Below are positions 1 through 25,272 of a DNA stretch of 63,865 nt, piece after piece. Source of the stretch: Vicugna vicugna. Lineage: Eukaryota. Under the pieces are notes generated by a model. It was not told the origin of the DNA and ran no database searches. It saw only the letters and a program-made list of their open reading frames with translations. Where the stretch lies: assembly GCA_013265495.1 (NCBI GenBank), contig MU063499.1, positions 186,136 through 250,000 of the forward strand. Reading direction: 5' to 3'. The position numbers and the translations under genes are program-made. How positions within the stretch are numbered: position 1 is the stretch's first letter; every line of letters begins with the position of its first letter.

Positions 1-279
1 AAACATGCTAAGCATCACCTGAGACTTCAGCGAGTGGTAGTAGTAACATCAACTTATCTGACTGCAGATCACCAAACAAATGTAACAATAATAACGAAAA
101 AGTTTGAACTATTGCAAGAATTACCAAAACATGACCCAGAGACACTAAGAGAACAAATGTTGTTGGAAAAATGGCACCGATAGATGTACCGGATACAGGG
201 CTGCCATAAAACTTCAATCTGTAAAAAACACATCTGCAAAGTGCAATAAAGCAAAGTGCGATAAAATGAGGTCTGCCTG
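1..279 (-). mobile_element. Internally deleted (non-autonomous) Tigger1-type DNA transposon, truncated by the window start
   Basis: Reverse complement starts CAGGCAGACCTCATTTTATCGCACTTTGCTTTATTGC, resembling the Tigger1 TIR (CAGGCATACCTCGTTTTATTGCG). It follows the Tigger1 5' end and then jumps to 3'-end-like sequence (ACTCGCTGAAGTCTCAGGTGATGCTTAGCA). Family call from recalled consensus. Confidence 0.8.
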
Positions 280-305
280 AAAAAACAAAACAAAACAAAA
301 CAAAA
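280..305 (+). repeat. (CAAAA)n A-rich microsatellite
   Basis: aaaaaacaaaacaaaacaaaacaaaa, flanked by a 13-bp direct repeat AGGTCTGCCTGAA (269-281, 305-317). Confidence 0.9.
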
Positions 306-328
306 GGTCTGCCTGAACAGTGAAAGGC

Positions 329-470
329 TGATGGTAGAAGCCTGGGGGTGGGGTGTGACACACCCTAAGGTGACTCCCAGTGAGTCAAGCTCTTATATAA
401 TCCCCTTCCCTTGAGTGTGGGCAGAAGCAGTGACTGGCTTCTAACCGACAGACTATGGCAAAGGTGGCAG
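329..470 (+). mobile_element. MLT1 (MaLR) LTR, 5' part
   Basis: ATAATCCCCTTCCCTTGAGTGTGGGC...GTGACTGGCTTCTAAC...TATGGCAAAGGTG resembles the MLT1E/F 5' region; boundaries approximate. Confidence 0.7.
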
Positions 471-921
471 AGTGTATAAACCCTGACAGCAGTTTTATTT
501 TCTTTTTTATGATGCAAGTGCCTGACTCCACTTGGATCACAGAGGCGTCCAACTCAAAGGGGCATCCCTTTCAAAGCCGGCTATCTCCAATATACATGCT
601 GCCAGACGTGTGAGGAGATAAAGAATCAGGCCACTGCCGCCTCCTTTGTTTTAGAGATCTTGGTTGATTCTGATAACTGACTCTTTGGGTCACTTGTTTT
701 TTTTCTCTTCCCTTGCTTCTCCTCGCCCCTAACCACCCCCTACCCATCTACTGCAACCTCGCTGTGTGGCCCCAGGTGTGCCATGTCATTTCCAGGTCTT
801 GCAAGTAATGAGCCTCTGTTTTGGTTTTTTTTTCTCCAAAGTTCCCTGACAGTGATTGCTGAGTGAATCCTGCAATCATAATACGAACCACAAGGGCCAG
901 TACAACCACAACAACACTGGT

Positions 922-980
922 TATTAAACTGATAAGAACAGATACTACACTTGATCTTAGCCAAAAGGCCGAGAAGCGAT
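922..980 (-). pseudogene. RNU2: 3'-truncated U2 snRNA retropseudogene (U2 nt 1-59)
   Basis: Reverse complement ATCGCTTCTCGGCCTTTTGGCTAAGATCAAGTGTAGTATCTGTTCTTATCAGTTTAATA is identical to the U2 5' end, including the GUAGUA branch-recognition sequence. A 13-bp TSD AACACTGGTTATT lies at 913-925 and 981-993. Confidence 0.95.
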
Positions 981-1017
981 AACACTGGTTATTGACAGAG
1001 ACTGAGACTGGCACAAA

Positions 1018-1463
1018 AGAGGATGTCAATTCTATGACCGTGCTATATAACATAAGACTCTGTCTTAACTCACTATGGAGAAAGAGACTCCCTACTGGCT
1101 TTAACGGATGATGCTGTTCCATTGTGAGAAGGTCACATGGCAAGGAAAAGTGAGTGGCCGCTAGGAGCTGAGCACCCCTTGGCTGAGAGCTATTAAGAAA
1201 CTAGGCCCTCACTCCCATAACCATAAGGAGATGAATTATGCCAACAACCACATGAGCCTGCAAGAAGATCGCAAGCCTCAGATGAGACTAAAGGCCTGGC
1301 CACATCATGACTAAAGCCTGGTGAGACTCTGAGCACAGAGCCCGGCCATGCCTCAACAGACTCCTGACCCACAGACATCTATCTATCTCACAGATAATTA
1401 ATGTGTGTTGTTTAAAGCCACTAAGTTCATGGTAATTTCTTATGCAGCAATGGAAAGTTAATC
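1018..1463 (+). mobile_element. MLT1 (MaLR) LTR, 3' part
   Basis: GCCAACAACCACATGAG...CCTCAGATGAGAC...CTCCTGACCCACAGA...TAATGTGTGTTGTTTAAAGCCACTAAGTTCATGGTAATTTCTTATGCAGCAAT is a typical MLT1 3' end; continues the 329-470 piece. Confidence 0.8.
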
Positions 1464-1546
1464 GGGTGGGCATACAGGCATTCCTGTTAAAGTCTTTCAA
1501 CTCTGCTCTTTGTTTAAAACTTTGAGGGGGAAGGAGGAAACCATCA

Positions 1547-1860
1547 TTTTCATGGAGGTAAAACTTACATACAATAAAGTTAACCAGTCTTAAGTACAAT
1601 TCAGTGAGTGGGTTTTACATGTATAAAGGTGTATAACAGCCACCACAATCACACTATAAAACATTTCTATCATCCGTCACGTTTGTTGCTTTCTCCCCTT
1701 TGCAACTGATCAACTCTCTAATTTTTACCCACTGTTTCCGCAAAAGCTTTCTGTTCTCTCCACCATCTGTTTCTAGGACTCCAGCAACACGTGTTAGAAT
1801 GTCCTGTATTGTCACATACCACTGATGCACTGTTCCTTTGAAACTCTCCATAATAAAATA
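1547..1860 (-). mobile_element. Old L1 (L1MB/L1ME-like) 3' end fragment
   Basis: TTTTCATGGAGGTAAAACTTACATACAATAAA...CAGCCACCACAATCACACTATAAAACATTTCTATCATCC resembles the reverse complement of an L1M 3' UTR. Confidence 0.65.
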
Positions 1861-1879
1861 TTGGGGGACAAAAAAGATG

Positions 1880-2410
1880 ACTCAAGAATATGTTTCCAAA
1901 ATAGACCAAGGAAGATATTCTAGTTGTCATCAAAAACATACCTCAAAGAACACAAAGCCCCAGGCCAGGGAGCTTTGCTGAAGGAAGAGTGAATCCCAAG
2001 GGCTCAGAAAAGACTGATAATCCACCAAATTTATTTCATCATATCAGCCCATTAAATTAAGACCGAAACAAGGAAATCTAGTTTGCTCATCACTTATTCC
2101 TGCCACCATGACACAAAACAGAAATACAAGATACTTAAACTGGGAAGATGACAACTGGATTATCCTTATTTCAGAAGATCTAATAACTTCTTGAGAAAAA
2201 CCTAAAAGAATCAACTGAAACATTGCTAGAGTAAATAAAAGAATTTGGTCACTTTTTTTTTTAAACAAACTAGAGATATAAATAACCTGACAAGATCTTA
2301 CAAGATCTTATTCACAAGAAACCACAAAGAGGCTTCCTCCTTGAGGTCAATAAACATAGTTAAAAAAAAAAACCTGCCATAATTAAAACAGTGTGGTACT
2401 GGTGCGTGAA
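1880..2410 (+). mobile_element. Degraded L1 ORF2 fragments
   Basis: A-rich, with L1 ORF2-like motifs (AAAGCCCCAGGCC; AAAAACCTAAAAGAATCAACTGAAACATTGCTAGAGTAAATAAAAGAATTTGG; ATAATTAAAACAGTGTGGTACTGG); no open frame. Confidence 0.65.
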
Positions 2411-2437
2411 CATATATATATACCCTATTAAGAGCTT

Positions 2438-2630
2438 AAGTTAACCTCTATATTATAAAAGTAGATAAAAAATAAATTTCTTCTATATAGCACAGAGAAC
2501 TATATTCATTATTTTTGTCATAACCTTTAATGAAAAAGAATATGAAAACGAATATGAAACGAACTGGGACATCATGCTGTGCACCAGAAACTGACACACT
2601 GTAACTGATTATACTTCAATAAAAAAAAAC
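2438..2630 (+). mobile_element. 5'-truncated cetartiodactyl/camelid-type L1 3' end with A tail
   Basis: TTCTATATAGCACAGAGAACTATATTC...AATGAAAAAGAATATGAAAACG...TGCTGTGCACCAGAAACTGACACACTGTAACTGATTATACTTCAATAAAAAAAAA, with AAGAGCT on both sides as a likely TSD. Confidence 0.75.
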
Positions 2631-2769
2631 AAAGAGCTCAATGTAAAATAGGTAAAATAAATCAGTGGGGGAAAAAGATGGATAGATAGTTATAGGTAAA
2701 TGAGGTAACCAGGCAAAAATCAGATTTAAAGCTTATGTCAGGGTACCAAAACAAATTCTGGTTGGTCTA

Positions 2770-18552
<15,783 letters not shown>

Positions 18553-19756
18553 CCTAGGGCTGGGATGAGTCGGACTGCGCCGCTTCCAAACCAGCAACCC
18601 GGCCACCTCGGGCCACTCGAAGCCCCGCCCCTCAGCCACGCCCCTCCTGTAGCCGCGAGGACGCGGATCCAACTCCCCGCAGGCCCCGCCCCAGAACGAG
18701 TCGGCTCCACCCCAACTGAAGAGGGCCTGACCTCCCACCACGCATGCCCAACTTCCATATGAGCCCATTTTGGACCAAGTGGGCCCGCCCTTCATGCCAG
18801 GATGGAGGACGCGCATGCCCAGCTCCCCACAGGTTCCAGGCTTGGAGAATGCAGGCCCCGCCCTGGATGCCGGAGCCCAGTAACCTAACCCGACCCCGCT
18901 GATTTGCATGGGCCTTGTCCTGGGCGCCGCAGCCTTGCCTCTTGCCCCCAGGACACCCGGGGTTCCACTCGTCGCTCTGCGGGACCTCAGGACCCCCGGC
19001 AGGAGGGGTTTGGATGACTTGGGGCAGGCCTGCGTGACCCGCAGAGCTTGGTTGGTCAGGACCAGCCTGGAGGACCCGGGCAACTCTGATCGCTGGCCTG
19101 GGTTGTCAATTGCCCCGCGCCCCGCCGGCCTTACGTCCCCGACCCTCTCGTCCGTTCCGAATCCTGGGACTCCACCCTGCCCACAGGAGCGACCTGCTGA
19201 ACCACGCCAAAAAAGCTCCTTTATCTCCTGGACAGGGACACAAGAAAAATCTCAAAATTGATCGTGTTTCTCTCTGCCTTAGCTGCTGGGGAGCTGGGGC
19301 TAAACCCCAGCCCACCTAGAGCACGTGAATGGGACCTGGTAACGAAACTCTCTGGGAACTCACTGAGCCCTAGCAGTATCTTACTCCTTCCAGGACTTAT
19401 TTTTACCAATTAAATTTTAAATTGTAAGTTCATTTTCTTCCCTCTAATAAGCCTCTCTCTCTTCATTAGGAAATTGGAATATGCACTGTCATCAACCTTA
19501 CAAGATTCTGGTGTGGATGAAACATGTCAATGTCTGAGAAATCCATTCTAAAGCACATTCATGTTATCATTTATTACGTTACTTATCTCCCTCCTGTCTC
19601 TAGAAATGCAGTAGGGGCCAGGGAGAGATCCAGAAATTCAGGAAGCCCTGGCTCATTCTCTCATGTCCTCCTTCATCTGTCTCCTCAGCCCAGTCTCTCC
19701 AAGCTGTACACTTTCTGCCCCAGGCCTCGCCGAACACTGCTCGGGCCTGGGTCACA

Positions 19757-19771
19757 CTGCCCTCTAGCGAC
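19757..19771 (-). promoter_or_regulatory. Candidate CTCF site upstream of the PFKFB4 promoter
   Basis: Minus strand GTCGCTAGAGGGCAG, one mismatch at the 5' end of the core. Confidence 0.35.
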
Positions 19772-20869
19772 GTCCTCCACCACATCCCCTGGCAGGATCA
19801 CTGCATCCTCAAGTTCTCTCTGCCTACAGTGTGCCCAGCCTGGACCCAGGTGCTGAGGCAGAGAAAAGGCTCCACCCAGTGCACCATGGAGGCAGCACCC
19901 TCTCCGTCTGCCCTCCTTACCACACTCCTGCCTTTGGTCAGTCCTCCGAGTCACAGCCCAGCCCTTCAGTGTCTGGAAGGACCCCTAAGATGACAGATAT
20001 GACTGATATAGATGTCTTGCCTACTTCACAGGAAGTAAAGGCTAAGGAGTTCCCCATGCTGGACGCCCACACAGATCTTCCCTGGAACCAGCTCTGGCCA
20101 CCTACCCTGGGGAATGCCCTGCCTCAGACAAAGTCGATCACTTCCTCCTTCTTCATCCTCCTTCTTCAGCATCCACCCTCTACTTCACTCTGCCTCATGC
20201 CCAGCAGCTGGCACACCCATGGGCAGCTCCTGATGGGCAGGATGCCCCGAGTGACCTCTCGCCCACTTCCTACTTCTCCAAAGCCAGTCATTCTGTTCCT
20301 GACAGAGTCAGCCCTCCTGTCTGTCTCCTGGCCACTGCCAAGGCCATCCTGGGGTCACCCTGGCTTCAGTGACCTTGTCACCACACACCTACACACCCTG
20401 GCCAACCCTTAGCAACTCATGGCAAGACTATCTCCTCTAATACCACAGACACCCCGCACCTTCTCAGGCCCACTATCCTCCACCCCAGCCCTCTTAGAAT
20501 TTTAGTCAAAGGCTGGGGGTAGCGAGCAGCCAGAGCAGGGGAGGAGGCCAGGGCCATGTCTAGGAAGCCATCCCCAAGTCCAGCAGTCTGAGTCTGGCTT
20601 TCCAGGAGAGGCAGTGGCTCTGCACCTCCCACTCTTCCCCGAACACTCTGACCCTGGGCTGACCCAGACATACTCTCCCAAGTTCCTATATCCAGTGTAG
20701 GAGCCTGTAGCCCCTTCCCAAGGCCAGGGTCTACATCTTCTCTAAGGATATATAGTCCCCACCACCCGGCCCCATTTCTCAGGAGGAAATTGAGGAAGGG
20801 GAGAAGGGCCCAGCGTCACAGAACTGCCAGCCCATGGTGCAGGATGGACTCAGCTCAACTCCCAGCCCT

Positions 20870-21260
20870 TTAAAACCTCACCTCCCACACCCTGTGCTAT
20901 AACCACACATCCCTCCCTCACACCTGCGGTCTTGCACGTTCCCTCCATGGAAATGCTCTCCTGGCTTTCTGCCTCCCAGCCTCAACAGACATCCAGTAAA
21001 ATAACTAGCCTCATGGCTTTTCCCCTTGGAGCCGTCCCAGAGTGAGCCAGCTCTCCTGGAGTGCGAGGTGTGCTGCGATGTCAGTGCGTACTTGTGTGCA
21101 AAACCTGTCCTGCTCAGCCTCTCCCCACCATGAACCTGCCTGGCCTGGCCCTGGAGGGCTCCTGTGGTACCCTCCACACTGACCACGAATCTCCTCCCAG
21201 TGTCCCAGGATACAAACTGTGGGGTGGCCGGAGTCTTCAATCCTCAGTTCTTAATGCTCA
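20870..21260 (-). mobile_element. Degraded L2 3' fragment
   Basis: CTTGCACGTTCCCTCCATGGAAATGCTCTCC resembles the L2 reverse-complement motif CTTTGCACATGCTGTTCCCTCTGCCTGGAATGC; heavily diverged. Confidence 0.4.
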
Positions 21261-21688
21261 AACTCTTCTCAGTCCCCAAACCACCTTTTGCAGCATAAAG
21301 GCCCAGGGACCTCCATGCACACCGCCCAGACCCACACACCAGTGCATGAAAGCATAGTGTGTACACAGCCACGCGTGCACACACAATAACAAGTCCTGCA
21401 CCCAGACCAGCGCAGAGACAGGCCAGCTGTGGTGAGGCCTGCTGCTCTCTGCTGCCTCCCTTTCCGTTTATTTCCCTCCTCCTCTCCCCTCTGCTGCCAC
21501 TGAGAGGTTGGGGAGTTCCCAGGAGTTCCAGCTTCCTCTGGCCATTTCTAGCCAAGGATCAGCCCAGGTCTTCCTGGGTCCAGAGCTCCCCCAGGGTGTG
21601 AGGTTCCAACGTGGGGGTAGGTAGGGAGCCATGTGACCCAGCAGCCTGTTAACCTGGGTCAGCACTTGCTGATTCTAGCTGGCACAGG

Positions 21689-21830
21689 GCACACAGTAGG
21701 TGCTCAAAGTGACTCAGGACCAGCCAGGGAGTACAGAAAGGATTCAGAGAAGTTCCAGACTGGGCCAGAGCACACAGTAGGTGCTTAGACTATCTCAGGA
21801 CCAGCTCACGGCACACAGTAGGTGCCCTAG
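21689..21830. repeat. Degenerate ~41-bp tandem repeat (GCACACAGTAGGTGC...CTCAGGACCAGC)
   Basis: GCACACAGTAGGTGC occurs at 21689, 21770 and 21811; CTCAGGACCAGC follows the first two copies. Confidence 0.8.
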
Positions 21831-22237
21831 ACACACTGGTGTAAGGGCTTAAGTCACATCATATGAAAAACTTCCCAAACGAGCCTCTGGACTTCCCCAA
21901 ACTGGTATGACCCCTGAGGGGGGACCTGGACAATCATGACCCCTTGGAGGCCAGCAAAGGGCAGAGCAGGAGGCCCCTGGGCAGCTCCAGCTGGCTGTCC
22001 CTCCCCCAGAGCTGGAGGAAGAAGCTATTTATAGTTCTCCCCCTTGGCCCAGCTCCCTCTCCCCTGCAAGGCAACAGTGTTCCTCCTTCTCCATGCCACT
22101 GACAGACTGATGCCCCTTTAGGGCACCCCTATTCCTAGAGAGACCCCCAATACTTTCACACCCCTCCTAGCACCACCCCCACTTCGCCCAGGTCTTTTCC
22201 CAGTCCCCCCACCCTCTCCACCCTACCCTGTGCCTAC

Positions 22238-22301
22238 CTGGCCTGCTGCTCTTTGACCCAGGGTCCGTCAGGGAACGGCCTCCTTCCGTGCCTTGATTCA
22301 T
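22238..22301 (-). CDS. PFKFB4: Candidate alternative upstream first coding exon of PFKFB4 (MNQGTEGGRSLTDPGSKSSRP)
   Basis: AGG-ATG in good Kozak context, 64 nt, phase-1 donor CAG|GTAGGC matching the phase-1 acceptor of exon 2; GC-box cluster at about 22355-22435 directly upstream. Confidence 0.6.
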
Positions 22302-22819
22302 CCTGCAATCAGACTGGCCTGGGCCGCCACCCCCTGCAGCTTGGATTCGGGCAACCCCGCCCTCCAGGCTTCGAAGAGCACAGCCTGCCTGGTGGCCCCG
22401 CCTCTCCAGCCCCGCCTTGGGCCCGCCCCCCCCAAGGCTGCTCACAACTCTGAGATCACCGTCAGTGCCCCCGGCCCTGGGCAGCCACACTTCCGACAGT
22501 ACTGCCTCTCTCTGCAGCCAGAGCCCACTGTCTGCCCTCGTCCCCAGCTGGAGTTGTCTGCACTACCCAGAGTACCTGCCCCATCTGCAGGCAAGCCTGT
22601 CCACACTCTCCATAAGGTCTATCTCATCTCCAGCCCAGCAATGGAGTTGGGGTTGTGAGATTAGGCAAAACGTACTCCTTTCAACCGAGGGACAGGTCAG
22701 TGAAATTTGGGAGGGGTGGAGTGGGTAAAGGGGCAGCGTAGCCAGCTAGCTGTGACTCAGCCCTTGTGTGTCACTGCCTGGATGTACATGACAGTGATTT
22801 TTGCCTATCCCATTCTCCA

Positions 22820-22965
22820 GTCACTACATTTATTGAGTGCTTATTGCATGCCAGAACCTTCACGTTTGTTAACTCAATACTCACAAGAAGCTTGGCATCA
22901 CTCTGCTTCACAGAGGAGGAAACTGAGGCTTGGAAAGGTGAGTACATTTGCTCAGGACAGTTCAA
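22820..22965 (-). mobile_element. MIR element at the UCN2 3' end
   Basis: CATTTATTGAGTGCTTATTGCATGCCAG...ACAGAGGAGGAAACTGAGGCTTGGAAAGGTGAGTACATTTGCTCAGG is the reverse complement of MIR. Confidence 0.8.
22829..22834 (-). terminator. UCN2: Probable UCN2 polyadenylation signal AATAAA
   Basis: First AATAAA I found downstream of the UCN2 stop (about 1.0 kb 3'UTR); lies in the MIR 3' end. Confidence 0.65.
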
Positions 22966-23842
22966 TGAGGGAGGGGCAGTTGGGCCGGTGCCCCAGCAGC
23001 CTGATCCCCTCTGCCCCGAGGTCTGTGTGTTGAATGAAGGGCGGAACCCGGGTAATGCAGGGGTGTGGGGAAGACAGTGCCCGGCTGTGTGCTGAGCGTG
23101 CTTCATGCAGGTTTAGGGGACAAGCCCCTGTTCCTCCCAGCCCCCTCACATGCCCTCACCTTGCTCAACACACATTCACAGTTGTCAGATACACAAAGAC
23201 GCAGACACACATGCAGGCACACCCTGCCCACCCCCACAAGACAAGGTTGCCACAGCCACAGACCGCCCACGTATGACCATCCATCCTTGCCTGGAGATGC
23301 CCCTGACAGCCCCATCCATCTGGGGTGGATGCCGCCTCATGGGGCACGAAACATGCATGTGACCCTCTGCCAGCACTTCTCTGTGTGGCGACCTGTGGGT
23401 GGCAGGCAGATCTATGGATCTGGTCTTGGGTGGGCTGGTCTCCAATGCAATGATGGGCTCTAATGTTGAGGTTCATGAAAGTGGCATGACAGTGACCACA
23501 TGTGAGGGTGTCCAGATGCTCTGATTGTGGGACCCAGGCATGACAGGACTCCACATGGTAGTGAACTTCCATGGTAGTGTCCAAGCTGCCCAGATAGACT
23601 GTAAGTCTGTGGGGCTCCTAGGAGTGCCTAGGCTCCACTTGGCGACCCGACATGGTAATGTCCAGGCTGTCCAGACCCACTATCACTGAGGCAATCCGAT
23701 GTGATGTGACACCACACAGCAGTGACCCCAGATGGCGGAGTCCAGAGGCACCGTGCCCAGATGTAGTACTGCCCAGCTCCGCCACTGCCCTCTGGGTCTC
23801 CCCATCCAGGGTGGCTCCATCACTGTGACCCCTCCCTCAGGC

Positions 23843-24181
23843 TCAGCGGCGGCCAATGTGGGCCAGGATGCGGGCGTTGGCAGCAGCTTGCTCCCGCGCA
23901 GCCCTGGCCTGGGCCTGCTCCAGTAAAATCTGCAGGAGGCCAAGGGGTACATCCAACGATAGGGTGATGCGGGGACCAGGGCGGGGGCCAGGGCTGGGGT
24001 GGCCCCAAGCAGCAGAGAGGCCTGTGGTGCTGGCTGAGGGGCTCTCCGAGGTCACAGGGCAGGGAGTAGCCTGGGGAAAGTTCTCAGGGAGGAGCTGGAA
24101 GGCTGGGATAGGGGTTGCTGGGACAGGCAGGGTCCTGCCCAACGTCAGGACCATCAGCACCAGCAGAGCCCAGCTGGTCAT
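23843..24181 (-). CDS. UCN2: Urocortin-2 preprohormone (112 aa, single coding exon)
   Basis: MTSWALLVLMVLTLGRT signal peptide; CRF-family mature peptide ITLSLDVPLGLLQILLEQAQARAAREQAAANARILAHI (23855-23968) followed by the G-R-R amidation signal; 3' splice site at 24194-24195, 12 nt before the ATG. Confidence 0.97.
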   Translation of the reverse strand: MTSWALLVLMVLTLGRTLPVPATPIPAFQLLPENFPQATPCPVTSESPSASTTGLSAAWGHPSPGPRPGPRITLSLDVPLGLLQILLEQAQARAAREQAAANARILAHIGRR

Positions 24182-24249
24182 CGTGTGGTCAGGCTGCGAG
24201 GAGAAAACAGGCTCAGGGCAGGGGCTCTGGTCAGCCAAGGCCCATGGAC

Positions 24250-24790
24250 AGAGACAGAGGAGGAAAGGAGAGAGACTGAGAGACTGAGAGGGAGAGATGA
24301 GAGCAGCCAGGTCCGAGACAGACAGAGATAGAGATAAGATGAAGGGACAAGACGAGAGCCAGAGGGAGACAGAAAATCAAGACAGAGCCAGACAGAGAAG
24401 GGGTCAGAGAGACAGAAAGAGTGAGAGAGAGAAAGAGATAAAGAGACACAGAAACCCCAGGACAGAGAGCCACAGACACATCTAGATGCAGATGTATTTT
24501 AGAGAGAAAGATGGGGGAGGAGAAAGAGGAAGAACAAGAACCAGAAGAACAGGAAGAAGAAAGGGAAGGAAGAGAAGAGGGAGAAGGGGAGAGAGATGGG
24601 GATGAATGAGAGGGAGGCGGAGCCAAAGAGAGGGAGACTGGGAGAAAAAGACAGAAACCACCCCAGAGACATAGTGCTGGAAACAAGGAAGCAAAGGGAG
24701 AGAAACACAGAGGGACAGAAGGAGACTGAGGTCTGAGAAAGCCTGTAGCAGATCCAGGATAAAGAAAGGCAGGAATAGGGGGGTCCCTGA
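24250..24790. repeat. Purine-rich (GA/GGA/GAA) low-complexity tract in the UCN2 intron
   Basis: About 540 bp of AG-dominated plus strand. Confidence 0.85.
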
Positions 24791-24847
24791 GGTGGAGAAA
24801 CAGCCAGAGACCCCAGGGTACCCCCAGCTCCAGAAGCCTCCACTGAC

Positions 24848-24945
24848 CCAAACCCCAGATCCACTCAGCCCCAAAGGTCCTGCCCTCTCCCGGATCCCAG
24901 TCCTACCAGTAGCAGCCTCCTCTGGGGTCTGCTGGGACCGCCGTG
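24848..24945 (-). other. UCN2: Probable non-coding exon 1 of UCN2
   Basis: Donor TGG|GTCAGT at 24848; TATA-like GATAAA at 24974-24979 about 30 nt upstream of the inferred start; start position approximate. Confidence 0.5.
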
Positions 24946-25266
24946 GCTGCCCCTCTGCCCTCTTCAGGGCCCATTTATCTCCCTCAGTCCCTGGGCTGAG
25001 AGCTGGGGCCTGTCTCCTGGCATGAGGCAGCCCATCACCTATGATTCATACCCTCCTGGGGGGCAGTGAGGACATATCCTCAGCCCCTATACTGTCTACT
25101 TCTTTTGGGGACAAGTTAGGGACTGAGAGTCACAGGAGAGTGACCAGGGCTGGACAGAGGGACTCTGGACCCACACAGGATAGTACCAACCTCCCAGGGA
25201 AAACCTGCCCTCCTGACACCCCCACCTCCCCAAACAGTCACAATAGGGGCCTTTTAAAACAGCAGC

Positions 25267-25272
25267 TTTAAT
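25267..25272 (-). terminator. COL7A1: COL7A1 polyadenylation signal ATTAAA
   Basis: GGCATTAAAGCTGCTGTTTTAAAAGGC matches the recalled human mRNA end; 3'UTR about 25250-25578. Confidence 0.85.

Noticed and set aside
922-980. Functional U2 snRNA gene
   Set aside because: Only nt 1-59 of about 188 are present, with no Sm site or 3' stems and no evident snRNA promoter, and it is flanked by a TSD
19831-20412. 193-aa plus-strand ORF
   Set aside because: Pro/Ser/Leu-rich, no domain, lies in decayed L2-like sequence; likely chance
21689-21830. CRISPR-like repeat-spacer pattern
   Set aside because: Eukaryotic context, only three short degenerate copies, irregular spacers, no cas genes
24231-24851. 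206-aa minus-strand ORF upstream of UCN2
   Set aside because: Translation of the CT-rich low-complexity intron (Leu/Ser/Pro/Phe bias)
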